From Vibrio cholerae ATCC 14035 (lineage in GTDB: Bacteria; Pseudomonadota; Gammaproteobacteria; Enterobacterales; Vibrionaceae), in assembly GCF_000621645.1 (NCBI RefSeq), contig NZ_JHXR01000009.1, forward strand, positions 30,001 to 62,000: DNA of 32,000 bases, given 5' to 3'. Each line of letters opens with the position of its first letter. Positions within the stretch are counted from its first letter, which is position 1. The notes under the pieces were generated by a model. It was not told the DNA's origin. It worked only from the letters and a program-made list of their open reading frames with translations, and made no database searches. A program made the position numbers and the translations under genes. This document shows, in pieces, positions 1 through 9,300 of the stretch.

Positions 1-2048
1 ACCCTATTAGCGATGATCTACCAGGAAGTAGAGGAAAAGAAATGCCTCTATTCGATTCGGTCATCGTTGTTACTGACCGCCGATTGCTCGATAAGCAGTT
101 ACGCGACAATATAAAAGAGTTCTCTGAAGTGAAGAACATTGTTGCGCCTGCGTTTAAATCGTCAGAACTAAAGTCAGCATTAGAGAATGGTAAGAAAATC
201 ATCATTACCACCATTCAAAAGTTTCCCTATATTGTCGATGGTATTGCAGACTTAAGTGATAGGCGCTTTGCTGTCATCATTGATGAAGCACACAGTTCGC
301 AGGATGGGCATAACCAAGATAAGTTAAATGAAGCAATGGGGTTTGTTTCGGAGGATGTTTTAGACAAAGCATTACAAAGTGCGAAAAATCGTAAGATGCG
401 CTCAAATGCATCTTACTTTGCATTCACCGCAACGCCCAAAAACACCACTCTAGAAAAGTTTGGTCAGCGACAAGCAGACGGAACTTATGTTCCTTTTCAT
501 TTGTACTCGATGAAACAAGCCATCGAAGAAGGGTTTATCCTCGATGTTATTGCCAATTACACGACCTATAAGAGCTACTACGAGATTGAAAAATCAATCC
601 AAGATAACCCTGAGTTTGACAGCAAAAAAGCACAGAAGCGCTTACGAGCGTATGTAGAGGCAAGCCAAGAGACGATAGACACTAAAGCCGAGATCATGCT
701 TGAGCATTTCATCAAGCATGTCGTTAACGGCAAGAAGCTAAAAGGTAAAGGCAAAGGTATGGTGGTGACTCAAAACATTGAGTCAGCCATACGTTACTAT
801 CGGGCACTAACCAGACAGCTCAATAAAATGGGCAATCCGTTTAAAGTTGCCATTGCATTCTCTGGCTCAAAAGAAGTCGATGGGATTGAGTACACAGAAG
901 CTGACATTAATGGTTTCCCAGAAGGTGATACCAAAGATTACTTTGATGTGAACTACAAGCGTAAGGAGCCGGACTCTCCAATCCCTAAGCACGTAGACCA
1001 AGATGCTTACCGGTTGCTGGTAGTGGCGAATAAGTATTTAACAGGCTTTGATCAGCCGAAACTTTGTGCCATGTACGTGGATAAAAAGTTGGCTAGCGTT
1101 TTGTGTGTCCAAGCTCTGTCACGCTTAAACCGTTCAGCGCCAAAGTACGGTAAGAAAACGGAAGATCTGTTTGTGTTGGATTTCTTCAACTCAGTGGATG
1201 ATATCAAAACCGCATTCGACCCTTTCTATACATCCACAACGCTTTCTGAAGCGACAGATGTCAATGTTCTTCATGAGCTAAAAGATGATATGGACGACAC
1301 AGATGTTTATGAGTGGTTTGAAGTTGAGGAGTTCAACAAGCGTTTCTTTGAAGGACGAGAGGCTCAGGACCTAAGCCCAATCATTGACATCGCAGCTGCG
1401 CGTTTTAACCACGAGTTAGAACTAGAGAACGAGTTTAAAGTCGATTTCAAAGTGAAAGCCAAGCAGTTTGTGAAAATCTACGGCCAGATTGCATCTATCA
1501 TGCCTTATGAGGTCGTTCAGTGGGAAAAACTGTTCTGGTTCTTGAAATTTTTGATTCCGAAGCTTTCCGTCGAAGACCCAGATAAAGAAGCACTAGACTC
1601 ATTACTAGATTCAGTTGATTTGAGCTCTTATGGATTACAAAGGGTTAAGCTTAACCATTCCATCGAGCTAGATGACTCTGAAACTGAGTTAGATCCTCAA
1701 AACCCGAACCCGCGCGGGGCTTATGGTCCTGAAGCTGAGAAAGATCCGTTAGATGAGATCATCAAAATCTTTAACGAACGCTGGTTCCAAGGCTGGAGCG
1801 CAACACCAGAAGAGCAGAGAGTTAAGTTTGTGAACATTGCTGAGAGCATCCGAAATCACCCAGATTTCGAAGCTAAATACCAAAACAACGCAGACCCTCA
1901 TACGCGAGAGTTAGCGTTTGAAAAGATGTTGAAAGAAATCATGCTTCAACGTCGTAAAGACGAGTTAGAGCTCTACAAGCTGTTTGCCCAAGACCCAGCT
2001 TTTAAAGCGTCTTGGACGCAGAGCATGCAGCGTATGGTTGGGATGTAA
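1..2048 (+). CDS. hsdR: Type I restriction enzyme R subunit (HsdR), C-terminal ~680 aa; 5' end lies outside the window
   Basis: The frame is open from the first in-frame codon (pos 3), upstream of the tracked ATG at 42. It carries SF2/HsdR motifs: VVTDRRLLDKQL, TTIQKF, IIDEAHSSQ (DEAH box), FAFTATP, and QALSRLNR (motif VI). Confidence 0.9.
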   Translation, partial: PISDDLPGSRGKEMPLFDSVIVVTDRRLLDKQLRDNIKEFSEVKNIVAPAFKSSELKSALENGKKIIITTIQKFPYIVDGIADLSDRRFAVIIDEAHSSQDGHNQDKLNEAMGFVSEDVLDKALQSAKNRKMRSNASYFAFTATPKNTTLEKFGQRQADGTYVPFHLYSMKQAIEEGFILDVIANYTTYKSYYEIEKSIQDNPEFDSKKAQKRLRAYVEASQETIDTKAEIMLEHFIKHVVNGKKLKGKGKGMVVTQNIESAIRYYRALTRQLNKMGNPFKVAIAFSGSKEVDGIEYTEADINGFPEGDTKDYFDVNYKRKEPDSPIPKHVDQDAYRLLVVANKYLTGFDQPKLCAMYVDKKLASVLCVQALSRLNRSAPKYGKKTEDLFVLDFFNSVDDIKTAFDPFYTSTTLSEATDVNVLHELKDDMDDTDVYEWFEVEEFNKRFFEGREAQDLSPIIDIAAARFNHELELENEFKVDFKVKAKQFVKIYGQIASIMPYEVVQWEKLFWFLKFLIPKLSVEDPDKEALDSLLDSVDLSSYGLQRVKLNHSIELDDSETELDPQNPNPRGAYGPEAEKDPLDEIIKIFNERWFQGWSATPEEQRVKFVNIAESIRNHPDFEAKYQNNADPHTRELAFEKMLKEIMLQRRKDELELYKLFAQDPAFKASWTQSMQRMVGM

Positions 2049-2092
2049 AGTCCCAATATTGAAGAACATATTTATTAAATAACTAAATTTGA

Positions 2093-4213
2093 ATGACCGA
2101 TAGCCTTAATCTTTCCAGCTTATGGCCAGACTTGAGCAGTCTAAATGTAATGCCACCTCAAACTCCTGAGCAATTGAGTGCTTTGTTTGTGGTTATTTTA
2201 TGGGGTGTCGCTCTATTTTTCTTAATTTGGTCAGTTGCTGCATTTATTCGCGCAAGACAACGAGTAGTTTGGCTTAACAAATCTTTGGATGATGCGGAGA
2301 AATCGACTCTGTCAGGTGTTCGAAATGATTTAATTTCTAGAGCTGAACAAAAAAAAGATTCAGTAGGGCATTTATGGCTCGAGTTTGATGAAACATTGCT
2401 TGAAGTAAAAGGTGCTGATGACGTTGTTCGATTGCATAACACATTTGATGCTGACTATTTTTTTAATAGTTCTAGTTTAGCTGGTGGTAGTACTGAAAAC
2501 AGAATGATTGCGGTGGTTCCAGGCTTTTTAACGGCTCTGGGTGTTATTGGTACTTTTGTCGGTTTACAGCTAGGACTTTCAGATCTCAATATCGCGGGCA
2601 ACGTTGATGTCAATGAAATGAAAAATGGCGTTGCTGGAGTTATAAATGGTGCAAAAATCGCATTTATGACATCGGTTTGGGGCGTGCTACTCAGTGTTGC
2701 ATTTAATTTCATTGAGAAGATACTTGAGCAAATTATTAGAAAGAAAATTAAGTCTTTGCAAAACCGTATTGACAGGATGTTCCCTCGATTAAGTGCGGAA
2801 TATCAACTGCAATCTATTGCAAATAACAGCCAGCAATCTCGAGAAAGCCTACAAGGACTTGCTGAGAAAATAGGCGAGAAAATGCAGGAGTCACTCATTC
2901 AGGCAACTCAGGGTATTCAACAAGGTCTCGAGAGTAGTCTGGAAAAAATCATGGCTCCGGCTATCAATAAGCTCGTTGACGAAACATCTGACGGGAATCA
3001 AAAAGCACTGGAAAGCGTTCTTCAATCTTTCATGGAGGGTTTTGGTCAACAAGGCGAACAACAACGTGTCGCGATGGACTCTGCGTCTCAAAACGTAAAT
3101 AAGACGCTAGAATCAATGAGCGTTTCGATGGCTGCTTTCGTCAATAAGTTGGAAGTTCAGCAAAACGCATCTTCAGAAAGAGAGAAAGAACTGATCTCAA
3201 CTATTTCAGTTCAAGTTTCTGAGCTAGTTACTCAGGGTAATGAGCAGAAGCGTGTTCTAACAGAGTTTGTAGAAAAACAAGTCTCAGAGTTAGGTGAGCA
3301 GCTTACTAAAAGAGAATTAGCTGCTTCTGAACGTGAACAGAAATTGGCTTCCTCAATGGAAAGTACGATTAAAGATTTAGTAGAAAATGTTTCAGCACAA
3401 AGCCAAGTCTTGACCGATTTTGTTCAGAATCAAGTTGTCCAACTTACCCAAACGTTCTCCGAACGAGATGGAATGGCAAGTCAGATGGAAAAAGAGCGTA
3501 ATGATATATTTGTGAATCAAACGCAGGCGATGAAAGCTGGAACGGATGAGCTTCTTGCTCAAGTGAAAGCGGCGACTGAATCACAACAAATCACAACTAA
3601 TAGTATTATTGAGCAAGGTAAACAATTACAAAATAGTATCGATTCCTCTGTTTCGGCATCTGCTCGAGCTACGGAGAGTATGCAGCAGTCGGCGAATGAG
3701 TTACGAGTTGCCGCTGATAGTATGAATGTGTTTGGTTCCAACATCAAAGATGCGGGCAACAAACTATCTGGTGCTGTTACTGAAGCGGTTAACAGCACGA
3801 AGGATTTAGCGGAACAAAACCATCTAGGCGCAGTGAAAGTTCAAGCGTTGAGGGAGCAGTTGCTGGAAGATACAAGTAAGTTTAGCGCGATTGCAGATCA
3901 GATAAACAATATGCTGATTAGTGCAGAACAGTCGTTTAGCACGCTTCGTACTACCCAAAATGAGTTCCTTGCAGAACAAAAAGGTAATCTAAACGAACTC
4001 ACTTCAGAAATGAAACGTAATGTGAAAGAGTTGACGGAGCAAATGGCTCAACTGCTTGAAGATTACGCAGAGCAAGCCAATGGACAAACCGCCGAGCACC
4101 TCAAAGTTTGGGCCAATAGTAGCACACAATATGCAGAGAGCATGAATACAGCAGTTAGAGCTATTTCTAGTGTTGTCGATGAAATTCAAGATAAAGTGAG
4201 CCAACATGCGTAG
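2093..4213 (+). CDS. zorA: ZorA: MotA/ExbB/TolQ-family ion-channel protein with a long C-terminal coiled-coil tail
   Basis: N-terminal TM helix (LSALFVVILWGVALFFLIWSVAAFI). MotA_ExbB-type helices (AVVPGFLTALGVIGTFVGLQLGL and AKIAFMTSVWGVLLSVAFNFIE). About 490 aa of Q/E/S-rich heptad-like sequence follows from roughly aa 215 to 706. The 706-aa size fits ZorA. The stop overlaps the zorB start. Confidence 0.85.
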   Translation: MTDSLNLSSLWPDLSSLNVMPPQTPEQLSALFVVILWGVALFFLIWSVAAFIRARQRVVWLNKSLDDAEKSTLSGVRNDLISRAEQKKDSVGHLWLEFDETLLEVKGADDVVRLHNTFDADYFFNSSSLAGGSTENRMIAVVPGFLTALGVIGTFVGLQLGLSDLNIAGNVDVNEMKNGVAGVINGAKIAFMTSVWGVLLSVAFNFIEKILEQIIRKKIKSLQNRIDRMFPRLSAEYQLQSIANNSQQSRESLQGLAEKIGEKMQESLIQATQGIQQGLESSLEKIMAPAINKLVDETSDGNQKALESVLQSFMEGFGQQGEQQRVAMDSASQNVNKTLESMSVSMAAFVNKLEVQQNASSEREKELISTISVQVSELVTQGNEQKRVLTEFVEKQVSELGEQLTKRELAASEREQKLASSMESTIKDLVENVSAQSQVLTDFVQNQVVQLTQTFSERDGMASQMEKERNDIFVNQTQAMKAGTDELLAQVKAATESQQITTNSIIEQGKQLQNSIDSSVSASARATESMQQSANELRVAADSMNVFGSNIKDAGNKLSGAVTEAVNSTKDLAEQNHLGAVKVQALREQLLEDTSKFSAIADQINNMLISAEQSFSTLRTTQNEFLAEQKGNLNELTSEMKRNVKELTEQMAQLLEDYAEQANGQTAEHLKVWANSSTQYAESMNTAVRAISSVVDEIQDKVSQHA

Positions 4214-4940
4214 AGGTGTTCGTTCGCATACACAAAACTCAGTAGATGAAGAAAATCCCTACTGGGTTTCATTTTCCGATCTAATGTCTGCTTTGCTTGT
4301 TATATTTATACTTGCAGCTGTTGCTCTGATTATTGAATTAACTCAAAAGACCAATGATGTCGAAGCTGGTATTGAAGAGCTTAAGCAAGCTGAGTTAGCA
4401 AGAAAGAATATAATTTATGATGTTCGAGACGAACTGGCTAAAAGAAACGTAATTGTTGAAATTGCTGATAACGATACGGTAATTCGGATTCCAGAAAGCA
4501 CACTGACGTTTGCATCAGGTAAATCATCAATTCCGAACGATGCAACAATACAGCAAGCAGTTAAGGACATAGGTGTTGTTCTTCATTCTGCAATTCAGAA
4601 GAAAGACCGATTTCAATATCTCGATACCATTTTTATTGAGGGGCATACCGATAGCGATAGTATCCATTACAGAGGAAAAGGGAATTGGGGGTTATCTACT
4701 GATCGAGCAATATCTGTCTGGAATGTCTGGCAAAATGAACTGAGCTTAACGCCTAAACTCGGTGACTTAGAAAACGCTTATCATGCAAAGCTGTTCTCTG
4801 TTAGTGGTTATGCGGCGACAAGACGTGCCAATCTACATGAGGCGAATCAGCAAGAAAAGAGCCAGAATAGGCGCATTGATATTCGATTTACAGTTAAGAA
4901 ACCATCTATTGCTGAGCTCGAGAGGATTGTTGGACCGTGA
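4206..4940 (+). CDS. zorB: ZorB: MotB-like stator subunit with an OmpA-type peptidoglycan-binding domain
   Basis: Single TM with the MotB-type invariant Asp (VSFSD25LMSALLVIFIL, codon 4278-4280). OmpA-like C-terminus (IFIEGHTDSDS, GLSTDRAISVW, NRRIDIRF). The ATG overlaps the zorA stop (ATGCGTAG). Confidence 0.9.
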   Translation: MRRGVRSHTQNSVDEENPYWVSFSDLMSALLVIFILAAVALIIELTQKTNDVEAGIEELKQAELARKNIIYDVRDELAKRNVIVEIADNDTVIRIPESTLTFASGKSSIPNDATIQQAVKDIGVVLHSAIQKKDRFQYLDTIFIEGHTDSDSIHYRGKGNWGLSTDRAISVWNVWQNELSLTPKLGDLENAYHAKLFSVSGYAATRRANLHEANQQEKSQNRRIDIRFTVKKPSIAELERIVGP

Positions 4941-6388
4941 GTCTAAATATAAAAAAGCTCAAAGTTAGTTTGCCTGCTAATCCTTTTGGTCAAGCCATCA
5001 AGGACTTTGCACATCTATCGAGTCAGCTAGAAGTGCTTTCTAAGAGTGCCGGTATTGAAAACAATAAGTTCCGAACTGCATATGGAGAAGTATGTAATGC
5101 GCTTGCCTCTAAGAAAAGAGTTGAGGACGTTATAGATAGCTCTGTACACGTTCGCGCCTTAGCTCTTTCGCTACATACGGATGCGAAGAAAAATGTCAGC
5201 TTTACGCGCAGATTGCTTAATAAAATTACAGAAATTGTAAAAAAACCAAGCTCTTTAGTCATAGAGTCGTTTTATCAGCATTTCTTATCAGAGTATGACC
5301 GACTGGCAGACTTGGAAGCTACAGCAGACTGGTTGTTGGAGGCTAAAAGGCTGCGAGGCAATGATGAGCAGTTTGATGAAAATATATTGTCAACCAATGG
5401 CCTCAAGTGGCTTGCGGAAAGGGCTATTCAAAATAATGTCGATTTTGATCATTTAATTGCGGAGATGAAGCTGGAACGTTATGCAAATGGCAGATATTTA
5501 ACGGCGGCTAAAGGCATCTACTATATTGAGCAGTTAAACACTATACCATTAGGCCAAGATCATCCTCTCCTAGAGGAGGTTCAAAAAACGGTGGTTTTTG
5601 ATTCTCGATATGACTCTGAAAGTTTGTTAGGGCATCAAATTCTTAGAATTTTGATTGGCCGATCGATAGGTTCTCACATCAGTGAGCCTTGGATGAATGT
5701 GATCTTAGCAATTGGCGGTGACCCACGAGTACCAAGTTCAAATCCAAGATATATTAAGTGGTGGAAGAGTTTAGAACCAAATCTGGTTCAAGCTGTTCTC
5801 GGATGGTTATCAAAACTAGACTTGAAGTTGTTTCTGGAAGCGTTGGAGGATTATTCTTACTCTTCAGCTAATTACGAGCTACAGAGAATGTACCCATCTC
5901 GGAAAAGTTTCTTAGAGGGGATGTTCGATGCGGGGGTTATTTCAAATACCCGGCTTTATTTGAGTCTGGATGCTGCAAGGTATTTGAAGAGAAATTATGA
6001 CCCTAAGCACTTGCCAAATTTCTCTACTGTTAAAGATGGTGACAAATCGATAATTTATGTGCAAATGAACGGCGCTCACATGGTTGAGGGGAGCCATAGT
6101 TGTTATTTGTGGTTGTACCGGTATCTTGACCCTTCCGTTTGTGTGTTTAACTATAACATTGATAGTCCTACGTACTCACAACTCACAATCGGTATAAACA
6201 ATCAAATGTCCAGATTGTCATCTGGTGCAGTTGCTAAAATAACGCACTCTCCGAGTGGTTACGCATGGCAACGAAAAGCACTTATAGCACTAAGAGAGTT
6301 AGGTGTTAAATTGACGCCGAAAGATGTGCTTTCGAATGAAGATTATATTGATTTTAAACAACGTTATGGGGTGCGAGAGTGGAGTTAA
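4937..6388 (+). CDS. zorC: ZorC-position protein (probable EH-signature domain protein)
   Basis: The GTG start overlaps the zorB stop (GTGA). The 483-aa product sits between zorB and the SNF2 gene, as in type I Zorya. A candidate E..H signature is HMVE384GSH387SCYLW. I can name no other catalytic motif, so the call rests mainly on operon position. Confidence 0.7.
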   Translation: MSLNIKKLKVSLPANPFGQAIKDFAHLSSQLEVLSKSAGIENNKFRTAYGEVCNALASKKRVEDVIDSSVHVRALALSLHTDAKKNVSFTRRLLNKITEIVKKPSSLVIESFYQHFLSEYDRLADLEATADWLLEAKRLRGNDEQFDENILSTNGLKWLAERAIQNNVDFDHLIAEMKLERYANGRYLTAAKGIYYIEQLNTIPLGQDHPLLEEVQKTVVFDSRYDSESLLGHQILRILIGRSIGSHISEPWMNVILAIGGDPRVPSSNPRYIKWWKSLEPNLVQAVLGWLSKLDLKLFLEALEDYSYSSANYELQRMYPSRKSFLEGMFDAGVISNTRLYLSLDAARYLKRNYDPKHLPNFSTVKDGDKSIIYVQMNGAHMVEGSHSCYLWLYRYLDPSVCVFNYNIDSPTYSQLTIGINNQMSRLSSGAVAKITHSPSGYAWQRKALIALRELGVKLTPKDVLSNEDYIDFKQRYGVREWS

Positions 6389-9300
6389 CCTCTTTAATCA
6401 GCAAGTTCTTCTCTAGCTCAGATAAAACGTCTCAGTTTGAACTCATTTGTGATGATAGTCTTGATTTTGCAACTTCCAGAAAAACTCTAGAGAAAATTAA
6501 AGCTGGTAAAGCTGATGAGTGGATAACAGCGCAGTATGTTGCACTTAAAATGCTTGAAGAGCAGGGGGATGTAAGCTCATTTCCAGATGGCTTCATTATG
6601 CCTGCCGATACAGCTGTCAGACTCGATTCTGAGTTGAGGGATTTGTTTAGTTTGCCCCCGGTTTGGAAAGGAGTCATTGACGCTGATATTCAAGGAAAAG
6701 CTAGTACACCCACCTTTAAAATTGATCTTTCGGTCACAACCAAACAAGGTCGAACAACACTAAATTACACTGTGGATGGGCCTTTCATTCGGTTTAGTCA
6801 AAATGAGCAGTACCTGCTAACACCCGAGCAGCTTATGGTATTTATTGCGCATAAAACCCATGTAAGGTCTGATAGGTCTGAATATGATAACTTACTGTAC
6901 TTACACTCTTTGCAAGAGGCCCAAAAGAATGGTTGTAAGCTGAATCTAAAGCACTTTGAAAGGCTAAGAATATTGACACCAAATAAAATCACAGTAGAAG
7001 CAGAATTGAATTCTCAAGGCGAGCTAATATTGACGCCAAACATGGGGCAAAGTGCGAGTCATGAGTCGATTCAAAAGGTTTTGGGGCAGTTGCAAAGCGA
7101 CAACGCAGTTACTCTGAAAGTGGGTGATGAAATAGTCTTATTTTCTGAAGAAAAGCTAATGGCTGTAAAAGAAGTTATTAGCAACAGGGTAATTCCCCAA
7201 CAGCAAGTTAAAGCGTTCCTGGAAAACCCTACAGCATATATTGATGCGAGTTTAGTCGATCTTGATTTAGGTTTTTCTATCAGAGTTCATGGTGCGACAG
7301 TTTTTAAACATGCTTATTTTGGAGAAACGGACGAGTCAGGTATAGATTGGTTCGGAGCCTCCCCCACATCTGATTTGATTAATCCAATATCCAAGCTGAC
7401 TGATAGAGTTCGCGATAAAACAACTCTTGAGGACGTAGCTAAGAAGATTGAAGATGCACGACAAACCGGAGCAACCGTTTTTGATTATGAAGGACAATCA
7501 TACGATATCAGCGATCCTGCAGCTGTTGAAAAAGTTCTAAACGAAATAGGTCACAAGATATCTAGCCCTAATACAGATCTTTCTAGCTACGGAGAGGCAG
7601 AAGACGCCGAGACTGAATCAGAAGGCTCAGAAATACATGTTGTTGATATTGATCTAAATGACGAAGAGCTGTCTGAAAATTCTCCTAAAGTTGAACAACT
7701 GATTTCTGATATTTCATGGGATGGTGAGTTAAATTGGGAAAACCACAAGCGGACACCATTCCCACACCAGGATATTGGTGTTCGTTGGATTTTAGGCGTT
7801 GAACAAAAAAGCTTATCAGACTCGAAAGTTAGTGGAGCCTTGCTAGCTGATGACATGGGGTTAGGTAAGACTTTTATGGCCCTCTCAGCAATAGAACATA
7901 TTTATCAACGACAACAAATTAGTGGTGAAACGAAGAAACCTGCGTTGATAGTTGCTCCTTTGAGTTTATTGGAAAACTGGAAGGATGAGGTAGATAAAAC
8001 CTTTAAACACTCACCATTCAAAGATGTAGTTATTTTGCAATCATCCGCTGAGTTAAATGAGTATCGCATGGGGGGCGTAGAGATTCGAGGCCAGAGCGCA
8101 TCTGATGATTGTTTAGAACCCAAATATTCTTTGAAAGTTGGGAAATACTTTGGTCCTAGCCGTTTAGATCTACCAGAGCGATTGGTAATCACTACTTATC
8201 AAACTTTGCGCGATTACCAGTTCTCCATGTGTTTGATTGATTGGGGGATCGTGGTTTTCGATGAAGCCCAGAACATTAAAAATCCAAATGCACTTCAAAC
8301 TCGTGCTGCGAAAGGCCTAAAAGCGGATTTCAAACTAGTGGCTACGGGTACGCCTGTAGAAAACAGCTTAGCCGATTTTTGGTGTTTAATGGATACAGCT
8401 TGCCCAGGACATCTGGGTAGCTATCAAGAATTTCGTGCTCGTTATATCTCACCAATTCTTAAAGCTGCTGGTGATGAAGTTGAAGAAATAAGAGCTAGGC
8501 TTGGAAGAGAACTTCGTATAGCTGTCGGGGCATTGATGCTTAGGCGCATTAAAGAGGACAACCTTAAAGGGTTACCTCTAAAACATATGTATGCTGGTGG
8601 AGAATTTGAAAACTGGAAGTATTTAGAAGAACTTAAGTCGACAATGGTTGGCTACCAGAGAGATGTTTACGAAGGAGCGATTAGCCATCAACTCGAGAAT
8701 GAAGAAAGTCACGCGCTTACCACTTTGATGCGGCTAAGAGATAGTTCGTTACATCCTCGGTTAAGTGATGGAGGTCGCCTTGATATTCCCAAAAATGCAA
8801 AATCAGCTAGAGCTCTATACGGAGAATCAGGAAAATTAGTTTCCTTGCTTGAGACTTTAGACAGAGTACGAAGCAAACAAGAAAAGTGCATTATTTTTGC
8901 GGTTAACAAACGACTGCAAAGTTTCTTAAGTGTGACTTTGGGGCAGATCTATAACCTAGGTCCGCTCTCAGTTATTAATGGTGATGCAAAAGCCGTAGCA
9001 AAGCGTAAATCTGTCCCAACTCGAAAATCAATGATTTCAGACTTCGAAGCAAAAGAAGGCTTTAATCTAATTGTAATGTCTCCAGTCGCGGCTGGTGTCG
9101 GTTTAACTGTGGTCGGTGCGAATCATGTGGTTCATTTAGAGCGGTACTGGAACCCAGCTAAAGAAGCTCAAGCTACGGATAGGGTTTATCGTATCGGACA
9201 GGAAAAAGAGGTTCATATCTACATCCCTCTGTTGCATCACCCTGAATTTGAATCATTTGATGTAAACCTACATAGGCTACTTACCCAAAAAACGTTGCTG

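Noticed and set aside
2158-4207. Five minus-strand ORFs (2158-2442, 2455-2712, 2891-3091, 3559-3798, 4004-4207) antisense to zorA
   Set aside because: All lie wholly inside a long motif-bearing plus-strand gene. Their products are low-complexity Ser/Thr/Cys-rich with no start context. They are typical shadow ORFs of a Q/E-rich coding strand.
2093-4940. Reading the MotA/MotB-like pair as a flagellar stator, ExbBD or TolQR
   Set aside because: The A subunit carries a ~490-aa coiled-coil tail that those systems lack. There are no flagellar, TonB or TolA/TolB neighbours. The pair is translationally coupled to an SNF2-Mrr gene inside a low-GC island.
4783-4968. 61-aa plus-strand ORF spanning the zorB/zorC junction
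   Set aside because: It sits out of frame inside zorB's OmpA-like domain and has no independent support.
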